Both the position numbers and the translations under genes were made by a program. DNA of 20,000 nucleotides from Trichomonas gallinae (lineage: Eukaryota): positions 46,321 through 66,320 of the forward strand of contig MRSU01001415.1 of assembly GCA_008369845.1 (NCBI GenBank). The letters run 5' to 3'. Positions 10,001 through 19,539 of this stretch are shown one piece after another (the first letter of the stretch is position 1; each line of letters starts with the position of its first letter). Below the pieces are notes generated by a model that saw only the letters and a list, made by a program, of their open reading frames with translations, was not told where the DNA came from and did no database searches.

Positions 10001-11890
10001 ACTATATCAGCTGAAAAGCCTCAAGAATCCAAGCCGCAGAACATCATGAAGATCATTGAAGAGCAGCTCGATGAGTTGGCAGGCCTCAACATCAGTTTAG
10101 CTAACATGTCATTCATCTTCTTCTGGAATATTGATGGCGAGCAGCGCAAAGTAATCAAGAAATGTTTCGACACACTTTCAGGCGAAACAAATTTAGTGCA
10201 AAGATTCAGGCAGCTCAGACAGAAGATTTTGCTCATCAGACTTTTATCTTCTCCAACATTTTCAAGCGGTGAAATCTGTGAATTCCCTTCGCCTTTCAAC
10301 CATTTGTTGTTGATTCTCGATAACATTCTTGATGGAACACCAGAGAGTTTGAGATTCGTTTTGATCCATTTGTTAATACAAAGATGCATCAAGAGGCCTA
10401 AATCATCAGAACCAGTCAAACTTCTTCCTCCACCTGTTGTCACAGAGAAGTCTCCGTTCTTGGCGGACGTTGATTCTCTTCCACAGGAAACAAAGAGTGA
10501 AACACTTCATCCTGCTTTAGCTCAATTCATCGAGCAGCTTCAGTTGCATTCAACGAGCGATTCGAGGAATGAAATCAAGATCTCTCAGTTCCACGTCAAC
10601 CAAGCACTGCTCAAGTTCTCTCAGTCCATCAGTCAATTGTTTGACTCTTCATTAGTTCAGAGCCACAAAGCGTTTTTGGCTCTGCATACAATGCTTTTCG
10701 AGTCCAACCACAAACACGATGAATTGTTCAGAAAGAGAGTCCAAGCCATCAACCAGGAAGCAAGAACGTTCAACAGAAAGCTCCAGACAGCTCTCGCTGA
10801 CAGATCTCACACAGTTGGCTACGAGATCAATCTGCTGCAAGAAACTCTCAAGAGCTCAAAATTCGACAAGAAAGAGCGCCAAGAAGCAATCAGACGCAAG
10901 CTGAAAGAAGAATACACACCACAAGTCCGCGAGATGACATTGCAGCTCTTCTCATTGAAGCACAACTTAGAGCAGTACCAGAAGAACTTGCAGCACGAAA
11001 TAGAAGGCAACATGTTCGAAATCAAGAAGCAGTCAATTTCGCAGTTGCTCAGGTCGCAAAACCTTCCTGATGAAGTCAAAGATTCGATGAAACAGGCCTT
11101 CGACTTCGATGATGCATTGCACGAATTGATGGAAACAAAGTCTGAGTTGTCCAGCACTGTTTTCAAGCTCAAAGCGATGAGACTTCTTCAAGACTTGGCC
11201 GTTAGATCAGACTTCCAAGTCAAGCTGAAGAAGATCGAAGAGCAGAGAGAAATGGTTAAACAGGAAAACAGCGAGTTCTCTAAGGAGAGAGATGTCAAAG
11301 AAGCAGCTCTTAAACAGCAGTACACAACAGTTATGCAAAGCGTCAGAGCTGCTGAGAAAGAAGTCGAGAAGTTAAGAAGAGAGCTCGAGTTAGAAAACAA
11401 GAACAGATCGAAGCTCAGAGAATGGAGAACGAAGCACGAAAAGAGAGTCGCTGTCCTTGAGAAGAAGCTCCAGCGTTTGACAGAGTGGTCCAAATACAAA
11501 CCAGATAAGCTCATCTTCCAGCTCGACATGATCGAGAAGGAAATCGAGCGCCGCAAGAGAGCTAAAGAACGCGGCCCAGCACTTTTGGAGAAGACGAAGC
11601 AAACAGTCGACAGAGAGCTCAAGAGATGTCAGGCGCAGCTCAAAGCACAAGAGAACGCGCGCGAGGCTCTCGAAAAGGAGACAAACGCATCAGCGATGAA
11701 GCAGAATCTCACTTTCTCGAACGAGATTCAGTCCCAGGATTTGGTCGCAGTCATGGAAGAAAACTCGAAGCTCAAAGAAGAAAACGAGCAGCTCCAGCAG
11801 CGTCTCGCTGAGCTTTCATTGCAAATCGCTGCTGTTTCACAAATCAACATCGGCGGCATCAAGATCAAAGCTTCCAGACTTGATCAGTAA
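7031..11890 (+). CDS. Large coiled-coil protein, CCDC162/DUF4549-like
   Basis: 1619-aa intact ORF with strong codon bias and about 400 C-terminal residues of coiled coil. The internal blocks FLRAQMLRQTIISTVNWMMSIIKGIELD and IDRKSIVEDLYECENKYQNGKKRLIESLMDLYNNTFD...SRPLIALDVYDYF resemble CCDC162-family blocks as I recall them. The CDS is certain; the family call is moderate. Confidence 0.6.
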   Translation: MSSEEFSHSDSYKGYVNSILQSVEDRSVPDPVWGSKIPSNYEELRQHCLQFVDKYSTTPTIQPKPVITTLEPYKTILPTFTSEFIKNYREQMISEVRMQKFRELCQYFQSNADISLEVAQEHCDTQADDFSQEIEPFGILSETELANMCLSTIYARSEHHLYITSVAELITYFPYLNIASTTSNFVSLFAANHKQFAPGSPESSGFTPPLLMTTNEQLDAELQRLAANFSLQVDSSQNDLLYSINKLFISTAEKSVTWNVLCINDQISDPAASSVQFKLFAARAHINTNVQQNISYIPPHRQLHFVESMLDSYSDKVDEILCGEESFLHVASAQVVHQHITEITRGATQHNDTSNSAAQKQSGIIKMKFLRAQMLRQTIISTVNWMMSIIKGIELDQRDATNPDCLNSASILFQRDLVVESKQFPHCIVIRNPSTSHNVIYEETLNHMERIRNDLLNFGSFYIRKWEKECGSQIDRKSIVEDLYECENKYQNGKKRLIESLMDLYNNTFDQEMCKRICEFIKYVVFSRPLIALDVYDYFTIPFDMNTRILELQADIISSQMIKTVDDLELVFNAVKTAVSIIALKQNTLNVDAFVNLEYIIWTYVSDYSQKITDTEPDLTSLIENVEVSMRLKNILRPGSPQTVDQVPYYANLQGVRFEVIRSVLIYRAYLAQCEVMKEDVKQHLQRTLFAELTSEEIDIEDAMILAVDEVKESQVELAGEGLDIVNRLQAVESSLLDAIVAYNFTITEAKIREAMFNKVELPENPPNCYSKYFSKDEVRKLIEFLEAREYPPFQSIFKLKANIRESLQVLNLNAGSHFDELLNAQQKQTSVSVQFLQNRARLPDVMKILALFETSSDKIPTVFDGYSLIESVQPSMRREKARGALEFYSFVILLTFLSYHASTLEQSVTKIHKHQRKAKYFAPHLQSLLDETNGLQNDAQKTQAAKTFATDLLIRINVACIESGIEFGRSFHEKAEGTAPPILDISGNWTISAEKPQESKPQNIMKIIEEQLDELAGLNISLANMSFIFFWNIDGEQRKVIKKCFDTLSGETNLVQRFRQLRQKILLIRLLSSPTFSSGEICEFPSPFNHLLLILDNILDGTPESLRFVLIHLLIQRCIKRPKSSEPVKLLPPPVVTEKSPFLADVDSLPQETKSETLHPALAQFIEQLQLHSTSDSRNEIKISQFHVNQALLKFSQSISQLFDSSLVQSHKAFLALHTMLFESNHKHDELFRKRVQAINQEARTFNRKLQTALADRSHTVGYEINLLQETLKSSKFDKKERQEAIRRKLKEEYTPQVREMTLQLFSLKHNLEQYQKNLQHEIEGNMFEIKKQSISQLLRSQNLPDEVKDSMKQAFDFDDALHELMETKSELSSTVFKLKAMRLLQDLAVRSDFQVKLKKIEEQREMVKQENSEFSKERDVKEAALKQQYTTVMQSVRAAEKEVEKLRRELELENKNRSKLREWRTKHEKRVAVLEKKLQRLTEWSKYKPDKLIFQLDMIEKEIERRKRAKERGPALLEKTKQTVDRELKRCQAQLKAQENAREALEKETNASAMKQNLTFSNEIQSQDLVAVMEENSKLKEENEQLQQRLAELSLQIAAVSQINIGGIKIKASRLDQ

Positions 11891-12283
11891 CTTTTTGTTA
11901 TTTATATATTTTTTCCTTTTTTATTTAAAAAATATTTATACATTAAAATCATCATCATGTTTATTAATGCATTGTAATCAATTTTATATGGGTTGTGAAG
12001 GTTTATGATGCAACTATCTATCAAAATAATATTTTCCAAGAATTTTAAAAAACTTCTCAATTTCAAGATGATGCAATTTTGAAACAATAACTAAAGCTGT
12101 TTTAGATATATTATTTTTAAACATCTGGTACTTTACATCATCATGATTCGTTTTTATAACAATTCAAATTATAGAAATAAGTTCTAGGTTTTTAAAGAAT
12201 TTTCAATGCTCATCAGAATATTGAATAGTCTGAAAATTGAAAGAAAAAATGTCCTGTCCAGACGGTTGTATTGAATATTCAGA

Positions 12284-12749
12284 ATGTTTTTTTGGATAAA
12301 TGTTACATTGTGCTGCTGCGGATCTCTAGATTAAATCGTATGATGATTATAGCCTCGTATTAACTAATGATAGCATATTATTCCAGTATCCAGAAGATGA
12401 TCCGAATTACACAAGATTGAATATTAAATTAAAGCGAGGATTTTATCAGTTTGAAGTTTGAGGTGCACGAGGACAGTCATATAGGGACAGTAACGATAAT
12501 GTTATGGAAAAAGATGGCCCAGGAGGATATACTCGAGGAATTATTCCGATATATAATGATACCGAATTTTATATTATTCTTGGCTCAACATATGGATATA
12601 ACGGTGGTGGATCTTACTGTCCTTATGGAGGCAATTCTGGAAATGGAGGTGGTGCTTCTGATATAAGGACGATAGATGGCGAATGGAATACGACTGAATC
12701 GTTGAAATCAAGAATAATAGTTGCAGGACCCTTTCAATGCAGAATCTGA
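12284..12749 (+). pseudogene. Pseudogene of the trichomonad glycine-rich-domain (ALK/LTK-type Gly-rich) multigene family
   Basis: The frame of the 12504 ORF extends upstream as IKSYDDYSLVLTNDSILFQYPEDDPNYTRLNIKLKRGFYQFEV*GARG, with TGA at 12459-12461 in the usual FExWGAxG motif. There is a further TAG at 12327-12329, or alternatively a frameshift from the leader MFFWINVTLCCCGSLD (ATG 12284). Family motifs YNGGG and GGGASDIRTIDGEWNTTESLKSRIIVAG are present, then the frame ends early. Confidence 0.85.
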
Positions 12750-13003
12750 ATGATATCAATCTGTTACTATATTCTTTGCCAAGTTATAGATACATTTAAT
12801 GAATTTTCGCGAAAATAAATGTAAAAAACAAATATGACAAAACTCCATTAATTTTTGCTGCACATTTTGGTTAAGGTTAATTTTTGATTTGTGATTGAAA
12901 ATAATTACTATACTACATTATATATGCGAACAAAAGGAACAGAAATATATGTCATATAATAATATAAATATTTAATATAATAAAAATACATCAATATTAA
13001 AAT

Positions 13004-16000
13004 TTAAACATCGCCAAGTATATTTTTCAGCTCTTCAACGTATTCTGGATTTTTGCCGAAATATTCGAGGAAAATCCTGATGAATGGCGCAGATGGTTCA
13101 TGATGATTCTCAGCCTCTGAAACGCAGTTTATGCATTCAATGATTTGCTCTTTGTTCTTCTCGCGGGCAAGTGCAGGGAAAATCGCGCACAAAGTAGCAA
13201 TAGGAACAGCAGACTTCTTCACAAGGTCGAATAAGTTGCACAAATACTGTGAAGAGCGGTCAGATAAAACTGCAGAGATGCATCGTGAAATCTGGACGCA
13301 GACCAAAGAAGCGTCAGCGCTCATTGTTTTCATGACGACATCACTGATGAACTGCGAAGGAACTTCATCATGTTCGAATCTATCTGATACATCAATGATC
13401 ATCTGACACAACTTAGTCTGGAAGCTGCTCTGCAGATCTGAGTCGTCGCTCAAAAACGAATCAGACAAAGCAACGAAGCCTCCGCAAATTGCAGCAGTCA
13501 CCAAATCCTTCTTGATTTCGAAAGACTCGTCATTGATTTTAGACATGATAGTCACAAGCGTTCCTTTCGATGTTATAACAACATGGTCGTTGTCGTTGAT
13601 GATTGAAATGACAGACTTTGTCAAGTCTTCATTAGAAATGACATAAGTTAAGAAATCGAAGCTGATTTCGTAGCTTGCGTGTTCTATGAATGAAACCATG
13701 GCTTCGAAGAAGTCAGGAAGCATGATGAGAACAGAAATGTTATCTACTCCTTCGCTGACTTTCTTTATAACAGAAACAGTAGCAGCAAAAATGTGAGATC
13801 CACAATCAACATTCTCGAATGAAATAGGCATCACTGCAGTCACGAAGTTTTCGATAAAATCTTCAGAACAAAGCAATTTCATTTTGTTTTGATCACACAA
13901 ACTAAGAGCTCTAACAAGCTCTAATTTGTTTGGTTCACTCTGTCCAATTTTTTCTACGAGATTCAATGCACAAGAAATGAATGGATCAGTTTGCTTTCTC
14001 ATTGCAATTCTCTGCATTGTTCTTGCAAGAGAAGTCAATCTAAATCCGCGGTCTAATTGTTGTACGTCTAAGCCATTAATGAAGGTAACCAACTGCTCTG
14101 TGAATTTGTCGATGTCAATATCTTCGTACATTATCATTTCATCATCATCGTCGTCGTCGAAATCGTCATCATCGAGTCTCGGAATGTTGTCTGTCAAAAT
14201 TTCTTCGGCAGTCAAAAATTGCATCTTTCCTGGGAAGCAGCTCTTCACGAATTTCTCAGCATTGTTCCTTGTTGAGTCATCAGTGTCAACTAAAAGATCA
14301 AGCAACAACTGGTTTGCCTGAGACAAAACGATTGATCTGTGTGGAGTCAGAGCCAAAACTTTTGCTAAAGATTCGTTTGTTATTCCACTCTCATGCATCA
14401 CATCTCTCAGAACAGCAACAGGAATGAAAGGAACAGCTGATGTGAACAAGAAACCAGCGGAAAAGTCATCGCACGATGCAAGAATCGTCCTCAAAACTCC
14501 CATCAAGTCAATCAAGTTCTCTGCTGCTGCCTTGACGAAAACGGCCATCATAGAAGTTCCATTGACGGAGAGGAGCAGATTTGGTGCAATGCAGATGAGA
14601 CTAGAGTAATCATGTTCTGTCAAATCTTTGACGTGCTCCATCAAAATCTTGAGTAACGGAATTACATCAGATTCAACATCATGGCTTAATGAGAAAATTG
14701 CTGCGATTACGTTATCAATGATGTTTCTGGTCATGGCACAGTATCTGCATAATATTTGAAGTGTCTTCGATTTGATGTTTAGAACTCCTGGATTCATGTA
14801 CATTGATGGCTTCAGTGTTGTTGAAATTACTTCTGCAATTTTTGTCAAGTTGTCTTTTTCATTGATTAAATTCGGGCAGCTTGAAATTAACTCGCAAGTC
14901 AAAGCGATGCAGATTTCATTGGCGTGAAGCATGACATTTTGCAGGTGCTCTTTGTCTTTAGCGAATCTTCTGATGATTTTGTCACTGTACTTCAATAAGC
15001 TGTTGAAAACTTTTCCTTTGTTTTCAACTAAATTCGAGTGAACGTAAACATTCATGAAATAATCCAGCAACAAGTCTTCATTGTTGAGCCATAGAATGAA
15101 CTTCAAAAATGCTTCAGTGTATGTTGCCTCGTAGCGGCTGAATGTGTCGTTATCTGCCTCGATTTGCTTCAAGATTTCTTCGTCGACAATTTTTGTGATT
15201 TTTTCGTCATCATCCGAATACTTGTGTGGATAATCTTGCTTAGTATAGATCAGGCAGTAAGCTGATGGTGAATAATAGCTGGATTCAGACTCATCTTCAC
15301 CACCGAAACATTCACTTTCGAAGCACTCAACTGGGAATTCGCCGACATTTTTGTCGTTGAACAAAATCCATTTTCCGTCAATTAAAATCAATGAATAGTA
15401 ATGACCAAGCTCAGCAACACCATCATGAATGACAACACCTGTAAGCTTATAATGGTTAGGAATGCTTGGCGTTGAAGTGTATCTTGAAATATCAATTTCC
15501 ATTGGGAACTCGAATCTGTCATTAACTTTGTATCTTTCGTATGTGTCCAAATTATATTCGAATCTCTTCAGCTGAATGAAAAGATGTTCTGGGCTCTCTG
15601 ATATCCTGCATGACTTCCTTGCATCGATTTTATGGCCCAATGCTTCCGCGTAATACTGATCACCGCCCGTTAAATACTGGTAACCGATAAATGACTCAAA
15701 GCTGTCCTCGAGGCAGTCGTAGCCTTTAACATCTAAGCAAATAGTGAAGAAGTCTTCGTGGTTCTCAGCTGTGAATGTTTCATTCATGCCTTCGAACGTG
15801 TGCGTGAATTTTCCAGTAAATGATTTTGTGACGTCAGCTGGCAAATTTCCTAAGAATGACTGATAAAATTCAACAGCATCTTGTTGTTCAGCTGGATTTA
15901 TCTTGAAAGCCCTGCAGAAGTTTGTTGTTGTCTGGATTGGGTTCGAAGAGAGCTGCATTGAAGCAAACAAGTGCTGAGCATCTTTGAGCCATTCTGGTTT

Positions 16001-19000
16001 TTCTGCTCTTAATCCAATGATTTTCTGTCTTAATAATGAATCAGAGAATAACTGCTGCAAAATTGAGTTTATGTAGCATGTCGCTCCTAAGTTCTTGAGT
16101 CCGCACATTTGTCTTCCTTCCTCCTCTTCTTTGTAGTTGAATTCCATCGATGTGAAGCAAAATGTAGTTGATGGTTTTGACAAACATTCTCCCAAAATCT
16201 TTAGCAATGATTGTTTGACTGACGGAATTGTTAAAACTGTCACTGATATTATAGAAATAAGCTGCGCTTGTACTGATTCATTTTGCTCTCTTATTATCTT
16301 CGGAATAATCATCTGAGAGATTTCTTCGTCGATAATTTCTGGTCTGCTATCAGCAACTTTTGCCAGGAAGTAAACAACGCCAACATATAATGTTCCCTTT
16401 GCTTTCTTTAAGAGTTTCTTTAGTGTATCAATGCAATTGCTTGGGTCACAGTCTTGAGTGAATGACTCTGAGAAAGCAATGAAGAAGTTATCAGCGACAT
16501 TTGTGTGATTTTCAACTTCGTTGACAATTTTTGACAAAAAGTCGAATGCTATTGTTTTGTCATCCAAATCGTGAATGATTCTTATGAGAGCCTTGTACAT
16601 GCCATCATTGAAAAAGAAAATCTGCTGCCTTAGGATTGATTTTTCATTGAACATCAATGAAGCGAATTTGTTGTTGTTGATTTCTTGAAGATTCTTAAGT
16701 GCTTGAAAAGCAGCAATTGTTCCTTCTTTTTCTTGCATGAATACTTTAGATGCAACATTGAAGTATTGCTCGTAGAACTTTGCTGGATAAGGGCTCTCTA
16801 AATTAGAAAGAATGAGCAAAGCAGGTGGAGTAGCTTTCAAATCAATTTTATCATCAATCAATGCTCTAATTAATTCATAGTCATTACAAAAGATTTCATA
16901 ATCTTCCTCTTCGTATTCATCGAAATCTATTGACTCATAAATAGACTCCAGCAAATATCTCTGCATCTGCCATGTCTTTGAATTAATCACAGCATCCAAC
17001 TGTCCCCTTTTGGTGGCGATATTTAATGCTTTATCAGCTGTTGGAATTTTGTTCAAAACATTTAAGCATGAATTTATCAAATTTTCGTCTTCGCTGTTGA
17101 GGAAATCGAACATTATGTCAGCGACTCCACTGTTGCAAATTGCAATTGATGGCAAACTTGATGCCTGGAATTTATACTTTCTGAATCTTTTAGTTGTGAT
17201 GAGATTGAATTTAACGCTTTTGAAGATTCCGTACTGCGCTAAAGTGAACTGTCTTCCAAGAAGTTTTCCTTCGTGATAGAGAGAAATATCATCTTTGCAA
17301 ACACCAAGTTTTGCGCCAATTTTAGCAAGTAATGTTCCAACTGATACTGTTGGAGAGACTTTCATGTCAAATGATTCGGATCTCAGCGTAATTGTTGCTT
17401 TGATTGCGTCAGGGTCAAATAATGGAGTATGTCTTGTTACTCCTATATCTTCCAATGTAACATCTGTCTCGAATTTAGGCAAAAGTCTTGAAATAACATT
17501 AATGCATCTTCTTCTTGCATTATTTGATCCATTGATTAATGTTTCTTTGAATAAACCAAGAATGAAATTAAATCCTTCAACTCCGAAACATGATTTGCTC
17601 TGCTCTGAGAATTCTTCAAGAGAATGTTGTGCAAAAGCAGCTGATTCATCTGACTCGCATTCCCTTATTATCCTTATAGTCATCGGGAATTCAGATGAAA
17701 GAGAAACAGGTGCATATCTTGGCACTCTTTTTGTTGGAGAACTTTTTGCGTTTGCTTCGACGACTCTGTTGTGCTGCCATTCGTTCGCTAGTTCAAATGA
17801 CCAAACCAATCTTGCAAACTGCTGAGAGGCATTCTTGAAGTCATGCTTTTCGAGTAAATCGATCAAAAACTCATAAGCAGATGGGAATAAACATTCGTAA
17901 GATAATTTAAGTGAAGAAGCAATGAAATCGAAACAGCTGTTTTCATCATCATTTTTGACAATTGTTTCCAATTGTTGTCTCGTCAGTTTCTTCTTATATT
18001 TGACTAATAAATAATGCAAAATGTTATATAATCTTTCGTTGTTTCTTTTCTCTTGGCCAACCAACGAACAGATTTTGTCTGCGAATGTTACGTCGACTAT
18101 TATTTCGTCGTCGCCTATTATCATTTTCTCGATGATTTCTATTATTTTGTCGTCGATTGCTGGATTGATTAATGCGGCAAGTTTGTCAAACAAGGCTTGG
18201 ACTAGGTCATTGGGGATTTTATATTTCAGCATTTCAACAATTTTAGGCAAAGCAATTTTAGAATATTTTTCGTCCGGCAAACTTTGAACTAAAAAATCTA
18301 GAGCAAGTCTTGCGTATGCCTGATACTGTGTCGAAGCCTGAATGGCAACAGTGCCCATGAAATCAAACAAGTTTTCTGTCAGTTCCAATTTCAATGCTTC
18401 ATCCATAAAATCTTTGACTTCACGATTCCTCATGATAAAACAGTGAATTATGCACATGAAGTAGGCTTTCTTTTGATTCGGAGACGCGTTGTTTGCCTTG
18501 CTGAGGATCTTATGCAGCACCTCTTTGTTCACTTTTCCAACCAATGCTATTGTTGTGAATATTTGGTCGAATTTCATTATAACATTTTCGTGCCAGTTCT
18601 TTTCCATGAAGATGCTCATCAAGTTGGACTCATCCAGCCATTCAATCAACAAGTATTCATCTGTTTCGTGCAGATCTTTCAGACAATAAGCAATAACTTT
18701 GATGCTGACGAGTTGTTTTTCGAGAATATCCATTTGCAGCAATTGAAGTGAGAAATTCAGTGTGTTTTTCGTGACATCTTTGTAGCAATCATCCATTGCT
18801 GATAAAAATATCACTAACTGTAGGTTATTTTGAAGAATATCATTATCAAATGATCTTATTGTAGTTGTATCGACTCCTTTATAGAACCTATCGACTGCAT
18901 TTGCTATCTTTCCGATGAAATTCGAGAGAATAACTGGGTCAAACCATTGACGAATTTCGCAAAGAATTGAAAGATATGCACTGAAATGCATTATATTGGG

Positions 19001-19459
19001 AATTTTGTCGGGATTGTTAATTCTAGTAAGTAATAGGTTGAATGATTCTGATTTGAAGTATGTATTCGTAATATGTTGTAAGAAAGGCGAATTTTGTAAA
19101 TTTGGATTGTTAATTTTATAAATCGGGGCTTTAGAGTTGAATATTTGTAGTATTGTTGTCGCAAAATCAAAGAAATCGTTGCTGATTGCCGTTGAAAAAT
19201 GCAATAATACTTCATTTATTAACTTTTGTATCAGCGATTTCGATAAAATATCAGTTGGTTGCGAAGTTAATACTGCATGAAGGAAGTTATGAACTGTTGT
19301 TGGGATAAATAGCGAATTATAGTTCGGAATTTTTCCTTCTTTTGAATAAGTCCGTAAAAAATCGAAAAATTGCCTTATTTCGCTGGAATTCTGGTCAAAA
19401 TTCTTTACAGCAAGTAAGAGTTCCCGCTCCCACACCTTGTAATCTTCAACACTGTTCAT
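13004..19459 (-). CDS. Ubiquitin-specific protease (clan CA, family C19), USP9X/USP24/USP34-like architecture, about 2151 aa
   Basis: Cys box GLKNLGATCYINSILQQL (Cys at 16076-16078), EQQDAVEF, LFIQLKRFEYNLDTYERYKVNDRFEFP, His box GVVIHDGVAELGHYYSLI (His at 15401-15403), WILFND, SAYCLIY. The N-terminal helical region has an LEKQLVSIKVI motif, and a Ubl domain precedes the catalytic domain. The first ATG is at 19459; the track's 19504 start is a TTG. Confidence 0.93.
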   Translation of the reverse strand: MNSVEDYKVWERELLLAVKNFDQNSSEIRQFFDFLRTYSKEGKIPNYNSLFIPTTVHNFLHAVLTSQPTDILSKSLIQKLINEVLLHFSTAISNDFFDFATTILQIFNSKAPIYKINNPNLQNSPFLQHITNTYFKSESFNLLLTRINNPDKIPNIMHFSAYLSILCEIRQWFDPVILSNFIGKIANAVDRFYKGVDTTTIRSFDNDILQNNLQLVIFLSAMDDCYKDVTKNTLNFSLQLLQMDILEKQLVSIKVIAYCLKDLHETDEYLLIEWLDESNLMSIFMEKNWHENVIMKFDQIFTTIALVGKVNKEVLHKILSKANNASPNQKKAYFMCIIHCFIMRNREVKDFMDEALKLELTENLFDFMGTVAIQASTQYQAYARLALDFLVQSLPDEKYSKIALPKIVEMLKYKIPNDLVQALFDKLAALINPAIDDKIIEIIEKMIIGDDEIIVDVTFADKICSLVGQEKRNNERLYNILHYLLVKYKKKLTRQQLETIVKNDDENSCFDFIASSLKLSYECLFPSAYEFLIDLLEKHDFKNASQQFARLVWSFELANEWQHNRVVEANAKSSPTKRVPRYAPVSLSSEFPMTIRIIRECESDESAAFAQHSLEEFSEQSKSCFGVEGFNFILGLFKETLINGSNNARRRCINVISRLLPKFETDVTLEDIGVTRHTPLFDPDAIKATITLRSESFDMKVSPTVSVGTLLAKIGAKLGVCKDDISLYHEGKLLGRQFTLAQYGIFKSVKFNLITTKRFRKYKFQASSLPSIAICNSGVADIMFDFLNSEDENLINSCLNVLNKIPTADKALNIATKRGQLDAVINSKTWQMQRYLLESIYESIDFDEYEEEDYEIFCNDYELIRALIDDKIDLKATPPALLILSNLESPYPAKFYEQYFNVASKVFMQEKEGTIAAFQALKNLQEINNNKFASLMFNEKSILRQQIFFFNDGMYKALIRIIHDLDDKTIAFDFLSKIVNEVENHTNVADNFFIAFSESFTQDCDPSNCIDTLKKLLKKAKGTLYVGVVYFLAKVADSRPEIIDEEISQMIIPKIIREQNESVQAQLISIISVTVLTIPSVKQSLLKILGECLSKPSTTFCFTSMEFNYKEEEEGRQMCGLKNLGATCYINSILQQLFSDSLLRQKIIGLRAEKPEWLKDAQHLFASMQLSSNPIQTTTNFCRAFKINPAEQQDAVEFYQSFLGNLPADVTKSFTGKFTHTFEGMNETFTAENHEDFFTICLDVKGYDCLEDSFESFIGYQYLTGGDQYYAEALGHKIDARKSCRISESPEHLFIQLKRFEYNLDTYERYKVNDRFEFPMEIDISRYTSTPSIPNHYKLTGVVIHDGVAELGHYYSLILIDGKWILFNDKNVGEFPVECFESECFGGEDESESSYYSPSAYCLIYTKQDYPHKYSDDDEKITKIVDEEILKQIEADNDTFSRYEATYTEAFLKFILWLNNEDLLLDYFMNVYVHSNLVENKGKVFNSLLKYSDKIIRRFAKDKEHLQNVMLHANEICIALTCELISSCPNLINEKDNLTKIAEVISTTLKPSMYMNPGVLNIKSKTLQILCRYCAMTRNIIDNVIAAIFSLSHDVESDVIPLLKILMEHVKDLTEHDYSSLICIAPNLLLSVNGTSMMAVFVKAAAENLIDLMGVLRTILASCDDFSAGFLFTSAVPFIPVAVLRDVMHESGITNESLAKVLALTPHRSIVLSQANQLLLDLLVDTDDSTRNNAEKFVKSCFPGKMQFLTAEEILTDNIPRLDDDDFDDDDDDEMIMYEDIDIDKFTEQLVTFINGLDVQQLDRGFRLTSLARTMQRIAMRKQTDPFISCALNLVEKIGQSEPNKLELVRALSLCDQNKMKLLCSEDFIENFVTAVMPISFENVDCGSHIFAATVSVIKKVSEGVDNISVLIMLPDFFEAMVSFIEHASYEISFDFLTYVISNEDLTKSVISIINDNDHVVITSKGTLVTIMSKINDESFEIKKDLVTAAICGGFVALSDSFLSDDSDLQSSFQTKLCQMIIDVSDRFEHDEVPSQFISDVVMKTMSADASLVCVQISRCISAVLSDRSSQYLCNLFDLVKKSAVPIATLCAIFPALAREKNKEQIIECINCVSEAENHHEPSAPFIRIFLEYFGKNPEYVEELKNILGDV
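17195..17404 (-). other. Internal ubiquitin-like domain within the USP
   Basis: IKATITLRSESFDMKVSPTVSVGTLLAKIGAKLGVCKDDISLYHEGKLLGRQFTLAQYGIFKSVKFNLIT follows the ubiquitin pattern (TI..VKAKI....GIP...RLIF.GKQL..GRTL.DYNI). It has no diglycine. Confidence 0.8.
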
Positions 19460-19539
19460 AAAAAATTCTGATACAAAAAAATTTGCCGTTTTGAAATTCA
19501 CCAAAATCCAGGGTTATTCCTCCAACTCAATTTCAATTT

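Noticed and set aside
11902..12087. 61-aa minus-strand ORF
   Set aside because: Non-ATG start, extremely AT-rich 3' flank of the coiled-coil gene, and no recognisable motifs.
12459..12461. TGA at a conserved Trp as evidence of a reassigned genetic code or readthrough
   Set aside because: The other genes use TGG for Trp and translate cleanly in the standard code, and the same locus has other disabling lesions. A nonsense mutation is the simpler explanation.
949..19215. Numerous short antisense or alternative-frame ORFs in the track (e.g. 1431-1988, 1565-2188, 7674-8132, 11188-11622, 17295-17825)
   Set aside because: They overlap well-supported long CDSs, many start at non-ATG codons, and their Ser/Leu/Phe-rich composition is typical of shadow frames.
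1018..19459. Functional gene cluster (nucleolar GTPase + Cdc14 + coiled coil + USP as a cell-cycle or ciliary module)
   Set aside because: I found no shared regulatory motif, orientations are mixed, and unrelated genes are interspersed. Adjacency alone is not evidence in a eukaryote; conserved synteny or co-expression would be needed.
19460..19504. 15-aa N-terminal extension of the USP from a TTG start
   Set aside because: The context is eukaryotic. The first ATG is at 19459, preceded by a T-rich leader and a TCA-containing initiator-like sequence.
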